Assembly (NCBI GenBank): GCA_977017575.1
Contig: CDRNVI010000041.1
Location: 248,001 to 312,000, forward strand
Origin: Paramoeba atlantica
Lineage: Eukaryota > Protista > Discosea
Length of the DNA: 64,000 bases
Reading direction: 5' to 3'
Shown: piece by piece, positions 10,110 through 23,499 of the stretch
How the letters are laid out: each line of letters opens with the position of its first letter
How positions within the stretch are numbered: the first letter of the stretch is position 1
Notes under the pieces: generated by a model
Database searches by the model: none
What the model was told of the DNA's origin: nothing
What the model saw: the letters and a program-made list of their open reading frames with translations, nothing else
Translations under genes and position numbers: made by a program

Positions 10110-12414
10110 CTTTATTTTCTATTACTTTCTCACTTTCATGGGCATGTTCACGCGTAGCCGGGCGAAAGAAACGGGAGTAGCTCCCGTCGTACAGCCTCTA
10201 CCTCCGACCCGTCGCAGTAAGAAAACAATTGAGGAGAAACCGCCTGAGGCTCCGTCCGAACCGAGCGCTTCTCCTTCGCCGCCCCCGCCGCCCCCGCCGC
10301 CCTCACCACCCACGACTTTGTCCACTGAAACTCCGTCTCTTCCATCGCCCGTCCCCGCCGCATCGCGGTCACCTACTTCACCGCCACTTCCGCCGCCACT
10401 ACCGCCGCCATCACCACCATCAACGCCATCTGCGTGTCCACAATCTCCTCCTCCGTCGATGCGTCGATCGCCAACCCCACTGCCGAAAAGTGACTGCAAA
10501 GTCACAATTAAGAACGCATTGCTGTCTACAAATTTCTTCAATCGGCGAAACAAACAACTCAACCTTCTTCAGACAAGAGCTGACAAAGTGTCGCAAGACG
10601 AGAGCCCAACCATTCGTCACCCAGAAGGATGCATCAAAATAAGAACGAACACCGCTCGGAAAACAGCATTTACGAACTGGAGTAAGGAAACAACGTACGC
10701 TCAGGCGGCCACCCCTCCACCAAAAGATCCCACTACTCTGGATGAACTCGTTTTACGACCGTTAAATCCGTCGGCCGTTGCCATGGACAGTTACCGTAAG
10801 AAGGCTAAAGATCTGCAGGATGCTATCATCCAAAAGGAAAACGAGCACAACAAGAGTACAAAGAACGTCCAGGAAAATGGACGCGTACAAAACAACGAAC
10901 CGATTCAGTACGGCGAAATTTCGCCCAACGGCGACGAAGGTTTCCGACCTGACACATCGAGCGAAATACAGGTAATTAGCATGACTCCGGGCCCCAAAAC
11001 CAAGGAGTATGGAAGTAACACACCAAAACACAACAAGCGTTGGAGGACCGGGGCGTCGAAACTACATTTGAGATATAAAGGTCTGTTCGGCCATCGTGCA
11101 GAAGAAAGTTTTCCAGGTTTTCTTCCTCCGCAAGAAAATATCCGTGTATATCAGATCCGTTGGTACAGAGCTCCTCCAGCCATTGACGAGAACCTTCCTA
11201 TTGAGACCCGCGAAGAAACACATGTTAAAAAGGCCAGAGCGCTTAAGCTGGACACAGGAGCTGAAGACGTAGACCATCTCCCAGTTCCAACCGCGAAAAC
11301 CATTAGTCCTGATTTTATCTCCAGTGTGATTGCCATATACAGGGACATCATGCACATCTATGAAGAAAGCGACTACGTACAAAGAAATCAAATTTGGAAT
11401 AAAGTTTTGTCTGCAATGAAACTTTCATTAGCTTCCGTGCGTCAAGCCAATAGTAGACAACGGCGGCGAAGACCCATACAACAAGAGACAGTTGAACACA
11501 ATCAACCAGAAGACGAGTTTTTTCATGAGGACAAGCGAGCAATCAAACGGGCCACTCGTTTGGTGCTAGAAAACTGTACATCGAAGGCTTCAAGGATTTT
11601 GGGCTGTTCTTTTCAGAAGAGCACGTTGACTGATCAAGAAAAAGTCCAAAAACTACGTGCACTTCATCCAGAACAAAACTGCAATTTCAAAGTTCCGGAA
11701 GATGCACCGATTATCGCAGGAATAGCCGTACAAGAATTAAGATGTGCAAGTAGACGGCTGGCAAAAGGTGTGAGCCCTGGGCCTACAGGTACGACCGACA
11801 GCATCGTTAGACTTCTCATAGACGACGAGCCATGTTGCAATAGTCTTTGTCACATGATGAGCGATCTGATCAACGGATTCCTATCTAGACAAGTTCTACA
11901 GCGTCTAAATCGGGCAAGACTCGTAGCCATCGACAAGCCCAACGGGGGAGTACGCCCAGTAGCCATTGGAGAAATATTTAGCAAATTAGCTGGAATAATT
12001 CTGCTGCAAAGATACGAAAAGTCACTGGAACCCCTCTTTGCACCAATGCAACAAGGCGTATTCTCTCAAGCGGGGTGCGAACGAATCGTACACAAGTTGC
12101 GGGACCGCTAGCTTGACGGACACTCAATCCTGACCGTGGATATGCAAAATGCATTCAACTCACCCTCACGAGAGGAAATTGCAAAGTGCGTTTTTGCTTT
12201 CGCTACACTGAAACCCTTTCAAAGGTTCTTTGCAGCCGAATATTCAAATGCTTCCGAACCGATTTTATGGCTCCGATGGCAGCCTGACGGACATTATAAT
12301 GAGCTCAGCAGGTGTACGGCAAGGGTCCGCTCTGGCTAGTCTTTACTTTTGCGTATTCTGTCAACCAATACTCGAGACACTGGCCTCCGAATTTCCAGGT
12401 ATTGAAATAAATAA

Positions 12415-12430
12415 TTTCTGTACCTTGTTG
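12415..12430 (+). ncRNA. Spliced-leader 3' half (nt 23-38)
   Basis: TTTCTGTACCTTGTTG at the 5' end of a nested element, before ATG 12465. Confidence 0.7.
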
Positions 12431-14990
12431 CCTTGTTGTTTTTTTTTATTGAGATTACTTAAACATGTTCGCTCGTCAAGCGAGATTTGGAAAACACTTC
12501 ACGGACGACATCGGGGCGACATCGGGAAATTTTCTGCAAGCTACCCGGAAGGATGATTGTAGCGAAGGACGCTGTAGCGCTTCTCCGAACACCAGAATCA
12601 CCGAGCCGAGCTACAATAAAAGTGAGACCGCACCGAAACCCAAGAAGACACCACGAATTAGGGTTATCAGTCAAAGCACAGGAAAAGACATTTCTCCAAT
12701 TTGGGCTGACCACGAAATTCATGATCAAGTGGAAGCGAAGAATTCGAATCTCATCAAGTTGAAGAGATACACGATGCGAAACAGAATTGAACGAGGAAAT
12801 ATCGATATAGAAACTTCGGAAAATGATGAATCGAACGCCTCAAAGTCCGAAGACGAAAAAGCGTCACAATCAGATTCTATGTCGACAGACGGTGAAGAAA
12901 ACAAGAGCAACCCATGTTTCGCAAAAGCCCCTGACCAAGTCCAACAAATTATTAGAGAATGGGGCAAAGGTACGACTTGCGAGGTGCGATGGGGATTTAG
13001 CAGGAATAAAGAGATGTATCACTCCGTTGGCGAAGTCGTAAAAAGATCCTCACGGAAAGGAATGGTAAAGATTCAGATTTCTTATAAGGAGGGGAAAGGA
13101 GAGGGTCCACAAGGTATCCTACACTTACCGCCGTAAGACAGAATTAAAATATGGTCGCTAAGTGCTGTTAAGCTGAATAAGATAAAGGCGATTGGGAATT
13201 TCCTGGACGAGAAGAATGAAGATCAAGACGAAGAAGAAGAAAGCGCCGAGAATAACCAAGACTATGAACCTCTACCGACATTCGTTCAAATCGATCCATC
13301 ATTTGCAGTTCATGTAGTAGCCATCTTCCGATCCATTGTACGAGACTACCCTAAAACCATTTTAGAATCAGAGAAAACTTCCATATGGCACAAATTACTG
13401 GATGCTCCAATGGATTCGCTGGCCACAGTTCGTCTCACTTTGAAAAGAAAACAGAGTTCAGCCCACCGCCGTAGACACCGCGAGCTCTTAGACGACCAAA
13501 ATCTGAGTGAAGAACAACGTCAAGAACTTGCAATCGATCAGCGGTCAATAAGAAACGCACTGACAGCAGCAAAAGCAGGAAATTTGAGTAAAGCAACACG
13601 GATTTTGGACAATGTATACCGAGAGTCATCTCTAGAACCGCATGAGAAAGTTTTCAAGTTGAAAGAGCTCCATCCTACAGGACCCACCCCCAAACGTTTA
13701 GAAGAAGATTTTCCACGAATTGGGGTAGTTGAGCAATCAGAGCTTCGGGTGGCAACAGAAAAACTATCTCGAGGAGCAGCGCCGGGACCAACAGGCTTCA
13801 GCGAAAGCATGATGCGACTTTTAGTGGAAGATGAGGAATCCTGCCTAGCGCTTTGCCACATGTTTCGTGACGTCATAAATGGTGATGTGGCAGAAAGCGT
13901 GCGTAAACGACTGACACTCTGCAGAATAATTGCTCTAGCAAAGCCGCAAAACGGCATACGACCAGTTGCAATGGGCGACACAATTCTAAAAATATGCGGT
14001 TCGATTCTCTTAAACAGACACGAAAGCTCCCTCAAAACCCTTTTCCAGCCAATCCAACGGGGTATTCTACAAGAAAGAGCCTGTGAGTCAATAGTGCATG
14101 AGTTGTTAGAGGAACGAAAAGACGGATACACTATACTCACAGTTGATTTCAAGAATGCTTATAATACGCCACATCGTACGGAAATAGCGAAATCACTGCT
14201 TAAGGAGCCGATCTTTAAACACTTCATGCGGCTTTTTTATCTAGAATATGGCCAGCCTTCCGAACTCCTTTTCTTCGCCAATAATGCATTACACTCGATT
14301 ATAGAAAGTTCTTCAGGAGTAAGACAGGGATCAGCACTTTCATCGCTCTATTTTTGCTCTCTCCTGCAACAACCTTTGAAGGAGGTCTCCAAAAATTATC
14401 CCGAAGTAAAAATTCGAGCGTACCAAGACGACGTTACAATGAGCTCAAAGAATGTAAAGTCACTGGAGGCAGCTTTTCATCATTTACGTGAACTTACCCA
14501 GGATTTGAATTTACATATAAATTACGGAAAATGCGAGTGGTTCCGAAACACAAACGAAGTATTAAATAAAACCAACCTCAAGGAGCTTGGAGTCACAACA
14601 TGCGAACATTCCATCAAAGTGTTAGGTGGATACATAGGAAGTGCGAAAGTTGTGGAACATAAACTGATTGAAAAGCTGAGTAAACATGAATGCCTTTTTC
14701 GTCGTCTACGGGTGATGGGGCCAAGTAACCTGTCGCTAGCAATCCTGCGTCGGTGTACTCTTCCACGTCACGATTATCATCTTAGAGTGCACGTTCCAGA
14801 GGCAACGTTTTCCCTCGCTGAGGTATTTGATAAAGAAATCCACAAAGTGTTGAGACGATGGTGCAATGCAGATGATGAAGCCCTCCGACTAGCTTCTCTA
14901 CCATGTAAGATGGGCGGCTTAGGCATAACATCGACGATATTGAAGCAACGCTATCTTTTTGCGATTTCCCGTAAATCTATTGATGAGCAA

Positions 14991-17061
14991 CCCAGATTGA
15001 AAGGGGCGAGGGAGATACGAAGCAACAGGCGTGGCAGATTCCCACTGAAAAGAAATGGTATCTCCCGCACGAAGTTTGTCTCCGAGCTAGAAAGCGCAAA
15101 GGCTTTTCTCGTGCGGGGAGATACCATTTCTTTTCAGTGGGAATCTGCCACGCCTGTTGCTTCGTATCTCCCTCGACCCTTTCAATCTGGGTTATACGGC
15201 GGGCCTTTCGAGGCGGTGCAGACCCGCTGGCGCGGGTGGTGCTTTACCTCGTGACAAGTAATCTTGAAGGAAACAAGCTTCTGAAATCTTTTTTTTGAAG
15301 GGCCCGCCCGGCTAACATTTTGCCTCTGGGAGGTCTATGTTCGATTCTACTTACGTCTTGTTTATGTTAAGCATTGAGCCCTTTATGTTGTACTTTAATA
15401 ATGAAAAAGTGCACCTATGAGCACGTTCACTGGCTCAGTGAGACGGAACCGAGGTTCCCCCAACACTTACACCAGTTCGTGCATACGGAACATTTCGTTC
15501 GTTGACAGTTCTTTATGTATCTCTGCTTGTTTAGCCAACAGGCATTAAGCTCAGACACCACGTCAAGGCGAGAGATAATTGTCTGAGGACCCTCTTCTCA
15601 CGAAGAAGGTATTCAAAATGAATGTGATTTTCGTATCAATTTACTCTAATTTCTTTTCTATGTTCCACTGTACATTTCTTGTTCCACTGTATTTCTTGTT
15701 CTTCGCTCTTTCGCCCATACCGCTTCTACCGATTCCCGGCTGACGATCTGAGCAAGTTCCGTACGAGACAGTTCAGACTGTGGTCACCCTTCCACAACAT
15801 GGCCAGCTGGCCACCCTTCCACAACATGGCCAGCTGGCCACCCTTCCACAACATGGCCAGCTGACCACTCTTCCACAACACTCTCCCACCCCCGTGGGAC
15901 TCACTCAGTGGCCTCACTCAACGTGAGTCACTGCCCCACGTGGCAGTGCTCTGACTCTCTCACGTGCCACTGTAGGTACAGTGCCGATGCAGTCACTACC
16001 TTACGTGGCAGTACTCTCACTCTCTCACGTGCTACTGCAGCTGCACTGCATCACTGCAGTCACTGCCTCACGTGGCACTTCCTGTCACTCTGCCACTGTA
16101 TCTACACTGCAATCACTGCCTCACGTGGCAGTACACTTACTCTCTCACGTGCTACTGCAGCTGCACTGCATCACTGCAGTCACTTCCTCACGTGGCAGTA
16201 ATCTTACTCTCTCACGTGCCACTGTAGCTACACTGCAGTCACTGACTCTCTCACATTCCACTGTATCTACACTGCATTCACTGCCTCACGTGGCAGTAAT
16301 CTTACTCTCGCACGTGCCGCTGCAGCTGCGCTGCAGTCACTGACTCTCTCACATTCCACTGTATCTACACTGCATTCACTGCCTCACGTGGCAGTAATCT
16401 TACTCTCGCACGTGCCGCTGCAGCTGCGCTGCATCACTGCAGTCACTGCCTCACATAGCAGTGCACTTACTCTGGCACGTGCCACTGCAGCTGCACTGCA
16501 TCACTGTGCAATCACTGCCTCACGTGGCACTGCTCTCACTCTCTCAAGGTCCACTGTAGCTACACACTGTACCACTCGGACCTGCACATTATTTTTCTCT
16601 CTATATATATACAAAATGCAAACCGTGTTTTTGGTGGCCAGCTGGCCACTTTTTTCAAGAAAAAAAAATCTGAAAAAAAAATCGTTCCGAATTTGTTTTT
16701 TTCGCGATTTTGAGCATATAATTTTTTTTGTTCAAAAATGTCGATGCCGGGAATCGAACCGCGGACATCCAGCGTGAAAATGGAACCCCTTTACCAACTG
16801 GAGTACTCAAAGGACTCTCCTTAGTCAACCAGTTTGTCGTATCGCAGACCTTTGCAGACGCACTTTTTTTTACCAAAAGTGTTCTACAATTTGGGAAATG
16901 AGGTCGTTGTAGATGATTTTTCGAGTATTAAAGAGTTCATCTAATGAGCTACTGCTACGTTTTAAAATTTTGAAAAAACTGGATCTCTCGCTTCTTTGAG
17001 GGGCATTTTCAAGTTTTGGAATTAACCTTAGTAAGCGAGTTAGATACTCCGTATCTCCCTC
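14991..17061 (+). mobile_element. Non-autonomous element family B, copy 2
   Basis: Same termini and AA flanks as B1. Hairpin at 14991-15191; extra ~590-bp segment; 27-bp repeat x3-4 (15788-15880); minisatellite ~15915-16580. Confidence 0.8.
16736..16810 (-). promoter_or_regulatory. tRNA-derived A/B-box unit inside element B2
   Basis: TACTCCAGTTGG...GGTTCGATTCC...TTTTT, homologous to 4688-4762. Confidence 0.6.
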
Positions 17062-20000
17062 AACTTAAACCCACTAGCGCTCCAGTAGATATCACGGGAG
17101 AGCGGAAAGGTGCCAACCACAAGAAAATTTCCAGCCAAGCTGCACGTACTGATTTCAAAAAGCAGATTAAGTTAGAACATGAAACACTGGCTTCAGAACT
17201 GATGCAAAAGGATAGATTTGCGGGCATTATGAAGCGATCAAAAGAAGCAAATCTCCACTTGGCAGCGACAAATAATTACGTGAATCCGTATCTCTTCCGA
17301 TATACACTCATGATGCGGCTTGGTATCGCACTCCAAGGTGCGCCGAATGAAATTACTTGTCCAGGATGCGGCGCCACGGAAACACCACATGGAATCATTT
17401 CACATGTAGCTGGGTGTTCAAGATGTGCAGGGATGAACTGTACGAGAAAGCACTCCCACATCGTGCGCTACCTTTCCGATCTTTGTGCCAAAGCTGGAGT
17501 ACCCTGCGCTATAGAACCACGCCTTCATTCTTCCTTCTTCTGCACGAAGTGCAAATGTTCCATTTCACCTGAAGCTGCAGAACATCATCCTTGTCGTGCT
17601 CGGAGAATTCGTTCAGGCCCTGATCTGGCCATAATGTGGCCAAATGTTGGGGAGATACTCTACGATGTGACAGTGGTGCACACTTGTTGTGGGAGCTACA
17701 AGCAGCAGACAAGCGTTGCCCTCCTCCAAAATGCGGTAGACCGTAAGCAACGGAAATATGTGCAGGAAAAAGGATTGGACCAAGAATACTTTCGCTGCAT
17801 ACCAGTAACAGATTGTGGTCTTCTTCACAAGGAAACTAAGGAACTCCTCAAGACACTGGCAAATAGGGCAGGCCTAGATGCAGAAAACACTCGAGAAGCA
17901 TTCCAATTGGAAATTGAAAAATTCTCCGCATACACTATCTTCTCGCAACTGCGGCAATATATGGCCCAAGAACATTGGGTAGGAAGTCTGCAATTCTGAA
18001 CCTTTGAAGTTACTCCGGAAATCGTGCCAAAAGCACACAAGATAACACACAAAAAAAACAGTGATGACGGCACATAAGATAAAATGCCAGATGATGATTT
18101 GGTTTTAATCTCAAGACGTTGCAACATCTTAGGACAGACATTGGTGATAAAGATAGATAAAAAGTGGAACTGAGTATGTGCAATGGTTATCAATTTTATC
18201 AAGTTCTAAAAGTTAATATATATATGGCCCAAGAACATTGGGTAGGAAGTCTACAATGCTGAATCTTTGAAGTTACTCCGGAAATAGGGCCAAAAGCACA
18301 CAAGATAACACAAAAAAAAGCAGTAATGACGGCACATAAGATAAAAATACCAGATGATGTTGGGTAGTGGGGACCTTCGATGAAGCTTCATCGAAGGTGT
18401 TTTTGACTTTTTTTTTTTTTATCATGCTAACGTCTTCCTTTTCAATAAATGCATACATTGACGATATAACGTTAGTGTCTCGAGATTCAACCGAACTGGA
18501 GAAAGCATTCTTTAGGCTCAAAGGTCTCCTAGAAGAAAAACAGGTGAAACTAGCCGAGGCAAAATGCGTTTGGTTCAGAGGAAAATCCGGAAATTCCATA
18601 CCGAATTCGCTGAGCACCCAAGGTGTAAAGTCGGAGGACGAAGAGGTCAAAGTACTCGGAGCGTATGTTGGAGAAAACAACACAATAAGTGAACGACTTT
18701 TGCGTCAACTAGAGAAGCAGGTCACAGCTTTTCGGCGGCTAAAACGAATGGGCATCAATAATATATCGATGATTCTTTTAGCAAAATGTGCCAATGTTCG
18801 TCAACAATACCTGATTCGTGTCCACCCGCCCGAAACAACAGAGAAAGCATCATCACAATTCGATCAAGAGGTTGAAAATGTGGTAGAGTCTTGGATTGGT
18901 CCACTCTCTCCCGATCAAATGAAAATTGTACGATTACCCGTTAAGAAGGGAGGAATGGGTTTGACAGCGAGCAGTCCCCTTAGGGAGACGGCATATGTGG
19001 CATCCCGCTACTCGGTTCTTGAGCGCCGAAACTCTTTTTCAGCTCGGATCGACAACGCGGTGCCATCACACCCGTCTATTCCTAAGAACTCGACAATGAA
19101 AGTCATACCAGTGGACGAAAAAGCTTCCACCAGCATTCATCATCCTCAATAACCGAAACGCCCTCACCCATATCCCAGGCTGTGCTGGTCTTCTTGTTGC
19201 TCTTTTACTTTTACTTAATGGGAATGTTCACGCGGAGCAGGGCGAAGGACACTGGAGTAGCTCCAGAGGTTGTACCGCTGCCGCCATCCCGACGAGGGAA
19301 GAAGAAAACGCTTGAAGTGTGGCTGCCGCCCACAACACCGCAACATTCGCCACCGCTGCAGCAGCGATCGCCACATTCGGGGCAAAAAAAAGAAACCTTC
19401 TGAGGATTTGCCACAGTCGCCGCCACGGATTATACAATCTGCTGCGTTGCCTCTCTGCGACGTCTGCTCTCCCGCTGCGCCTCCGTTCCCCCCCATTGCG
19501 CCGCCGCTGCCGCCTCCCGCTGCACTGGTGCAGGTCACACCCTCCACGTGCTCAGGCCACCAGCGCCTCCACCACCGCAACAGTCCAGAGCCTCCAGCGA
19601 CCACAACACCGCAACAGTCGCCGCCGCCGCCGCAGCGATCGCCACCTTCGCGGAAAAAAAATAAAGCTCCTGAGACCCTGCCGCCACAGCCGCCGCCGTC
19701 CCATTGCGCTGCGCCGCCGTCCACTCCAGCTGCACTGGTGCAGGTCACATCCTTTACGCAATCGAGCATGCATGCGCTGTCGCGGAAAGCCCGCGCCAGC
19801 GTTACGGCGATGCAAACTGAGAGCCATCAACTTTCAGCAATCATCACCACGCAAACTACACGCCCGAGCCCTGAATCGCCAGATTTGCCACCGCCGTTGC
19901 CACCGCCGTCGCTGCCACCTCTGACACCGTTATCAGCTCCAGACCTCCATGATCCACTAAATTCTGCTAAAAATCATACGAGTTCGATGAATCATTCCCC

Positions 20001-22685
20001 AAGATGTCAAGACAGATCCAGCGAAGCGCCAAACATGCCACCGAGCGATGGGATGGCCAGCAAAGAAGTCGATAAACATTCGAAATCCAACTGCCGTATT
20101 CGATTCAAGAACTCGCTCCTCTCGTCCAGCTTTTTTAGTCGACGGAACAAACAGTTGAATTTAGTACAACAAAGTAAAGAACACGAGAACAGCAACCCGA
20201 CACTTCGAGATCCAGAAGGGAGCGTCATGCTAAAAACTAACACTGCAAAAGTAACTGCCTTCACCAACTGTAGTACAGAACCGACTTACGCGGACGCAGC
20301 CACCCCCCCACCGAAGGATTCGGAAACCCTTAATGAACTTGTCACGCGCCCACTAAATCCATCCTCCTTGATGATGGAAACTCTTCGACGGAGATACAAA
20401 GAACAGATAGACACAGCACAAACCGTTGCCGAGAACGATGTTCCTAGAGAGCAACTAGGAATTCGAAGAAAAACCATGCCAGAACAGCTTCCCGGAAAAC
20501 CGATGACACCATCCCCGGCCGACGATCTCAACAATGACACTGACGCTACCCCGACTCCAATTACGGAAAAGAGCACAGGAGCAGAAGAGTCTATAGACAA
20601 AGATGTTGAATTTCACGACTGTGAGTCTCCGACTCGCGGCGCAGCCCTTGAAACCCCACTACCACCAATTCCTGTGGACATAGCTGACGAAATACAGAGA
20701 GGTTCCGCGATCACTTTTTGCGATGGAATAAATGGCGAAGTCTTCGAGAACATTATCGGAGCCATAAAACCGGAAACAGATTTCCCCATCACCTCCAATG
20801 ACATCATCCAATCACTATCTCACATCAAAAACGGAGCGACGTGCACTATCGCTTGGACTTTCGACAGGCAAACGAAAATCAACATATCGGAGGGTGTCGT
20901 TACAAAAACAAATCGCAGAGCTAACAAGAAGATGATCACTCTTCGGTGCAGAGGTATCAAAGGCCATCATGCAAGCGAATATTTCGACGGCTTCCTTCCG
21001 CCTCAAGAAAACGTACGGATCTTTCACCTACGGTGGCACATAACGCCGCCAGAGTTGGATGAAAGCGACGAACAATCACACGAAGATACCACATTCAACA
21101 GTTTAGGTTTCAATGTGAGTGACTGGAAAGGCGACGACGTTGACCACCTTCCGATTCCCACGGCCAAAACAATTAGTCCAGACTTCATTCCGCGAATACT
21201 TGCCATATATCGAGACATTATGCAACCGTACCATCAAAGCGACTATCCGAAAAGGAACAAAATATGGAACCAAGTTCTGTCTGCTATGAAACTGTCTCTT
21301 GCAGAGGTCCGTCAATCCAGTGTCAGACAAAGGCGCCGAAGACCTCTACGAGACCCGTTTAATGACGACAAGGCGGAAGAAGAAGTAGTAGCGAAAGAGG
21401 ACCGAAGAGCCATCAAGAGAGTAACACGTCTTGCCTTAGAAGGCTGCGTTTCCAAAGCATGTAAAGTATTTGATCGTTCGTTTCAGAATAAGTCACTTAC
21501 AGACCTACAAAAGCTGCGAGACCTGCATCCGGAACAAAACAGCAAATTTGACGTACCCGAAGATGCACCCATCATAGCTGCAGTTTCGCCGATCGAAATT
21601 CGCAGCGCCAGCAAACGGTTGGCGAAAGGCGTCAGCCCGGTTCCCACAGGAACAACGGATAGTGTTATTAGACTACTGGTTGACGACGAGCCATGTTGTG
21701 GGAGTATGTGTCACATGATGGGGGACCTGATCAACGGATTTCTTTCACGCCAAGTGATGCAAAGACTTAATCGGGCCCGTCTGGTTGCAATAGCAAAACC
21801 CGACGGAGGAGTTCGGCCTGTAGCGATTGGCGAAATATTTGGTAAGCTAGCCGGCCTGATATTGCTGCAGAGGTATGAAAAAACGCTGGAACCCCTTTTC
21901 TCTCCAATACAACAGGGGGTGTTTTCGCAGGCGGGGTGTGAAAGAATCGTCCACAAGCTACGCGACCGATATCGAGACGGTCACACGATTCTATCTGTCG
22001 ACATGAGGAATGCATTTAACACCCCTTCAAGGACCGAAATGGCCAAAAGCGTCTTTGCATTTGCAACACTCAAGCCTTTCCAGAGGTTCTTCACCGCCGA
22101 ATACTCCGAACCCTCTGACCTGCTGTATTTCGGTTCTGATGGCAATTTAGCGAGCATTATACCGAGTTCCGCTGGAGTACGACAAGGTTCTGCCTTAGCA
22201 AGTCTATACTTTTGTGTATTTTGTCAGCCGATCCTTGAAACGTTGGCCATGGAATTCCCTGGTGTAGAAATCAACGCTTACATCGACGATATAACTCTGG
22301 TTTCGCGAGACCCTAACGAATTAGAAACGGTGTTTTTCCGACTTAGAGATCTTCTCAAGCAGAAACGGGTGAGTCTCGCCGAGACGAAGTGTGTGTGGTT
22401 TCAGGGAATGTCAGGAAACTCCATACCATGGTCTCTTCAACAGCAAGGTCTTAAAACAGAATCCGATGCCATTAAGATACTGGGTGCTCACATAGGTGAA
22501 AACGAGTCGATTAGTGAAAGGCTCCTTCGACAGGTAAACAAACATGATGACGGGTTTAGGCGGCTAAAGAAAATGGGTATAAATAATATTTCTCTTCTGC
22601 TGCTGTCTAAATGCGTAAACATTAGACTGCAATACCTCATGCGCGTTCACGAAGCGGACACCACAGACACTGCTACTTCGGAGTT

Positions 22686-23499
22686 GGCGGATTGTCAACA
22701 CCAACGCACCACTTTTTTTCCTAAAAAATAATTTTCTTGTCATTTCCAGTGCACCACTTTTTCTTAAAAACTGTATTCTCATTTCCAATGCACCATCAAT
22801 TATTTAAAGAAGTATTATTTTATATTATCCTTCGGATCTACACTACAAATGCGCCATTATTTAAGACTCAGTCATTACGATCGTAATCGTATTCAATCAC
22901 TCTTTACATCTGGCGAGAGTCGGCGAAGCATAGCTCGCATAATTGGCAAAAGTCACAGCACTGTTTGTAGCGAGTTGGCGCGTAATGCAAGAAGGGGTCA
23001 GCGCTATGAGGGGACGAGGGCACAGCGCATTTCGAAAAGACGCCTCTCGTGTAAAAAGGTCAAGCCTCACAAGATACAAGGCCTTTTGGAAGAGGAAGTC
23101 AGCTCTCGACTTCAAAAGAAGCACAGCCCGGAAATTATTAAATTATCGTTCTCCAATGGATTTTGTGAATGAACTGCGTAAGTAAAAGAAGCTAAGTAAG
23201 CAAAGGTACGTGAGAAAGCTTGTAAAGTTAGTCTGCTAGTGTTGGAAATTTAATGACAATAAATTTAAGCATTTTGTAAAGGTGAAGAAATTCTTGTCTA
23301 ATAAAGTTTCTTACTCAGATCTTACACTTGTATTACGCTTTCTTTAAATACTCTGGATAAGTTTTTATGTTGAAAGGAAAAAGGAACGATGTTCAACTAT
23401 GGTGAGGCGCAGAAAAAAGGAATGACGGTCGACTATGGTGAAAAAAGTGGTGCGCTGGAGTTGACAATGGGGTGGTGCACTGGAGTTGAACATCCGGGG
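22686..23499 (+). mobile_element. Internally deleted IS30-family-like insertion sequence
   Basis: Imperfect ~25-bp terminal IRs (CGGATTGTCAACACCAACGCACCAC vs the reverse complement of the right end, 20/25). TT on both sides. Repeated sub-terminal GCACCAC sites. Confidence 0.75.
22849..23172 (+). pseudogene. IS30-family transposase N-terminus (HTH region), truncated; no DDE domain
   Basis: LSHYDRNRIQ...SRRSIARIIGKSHSTVCSELARN...Y...AQ...L...HSPEII follows the IS30 N-terminal pattern. Confidence 0.75.

Larger units (their letters stand above)
12413..18443 (+). mobile_element. Nested near-full-length CRE family-1 element (N-terminal ORF 12465-13136; RT 13410-14990 + RLE 17064-17999), split by element B2
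   Basis: 7-bp TSD AATAAAT (12406-12412 and 18444-18450). AYQDD RT. Removing 14991-17063 restores IDEQ|LKPTSAP. 3' end partly duplicated at 18222-18360. Confidence 0.85.

Noticed and set aside
10122-10562. Gly/Ala-rich minus-strand ORFs opposite Pro-rich regions (also 19215-19769, 34251-34928, 919-1449)
   Set aside because: Antisense shadows of GC-rich low-complexity sequence.
22849-23172. Bacterial contamination or chimeric assembly as the source of the IS30 ORF
   Set aside because: Both junctions fall at a TT duplication in one continuous host reading frame, which a chimera would not produce; read-level confirmation is still desirable.
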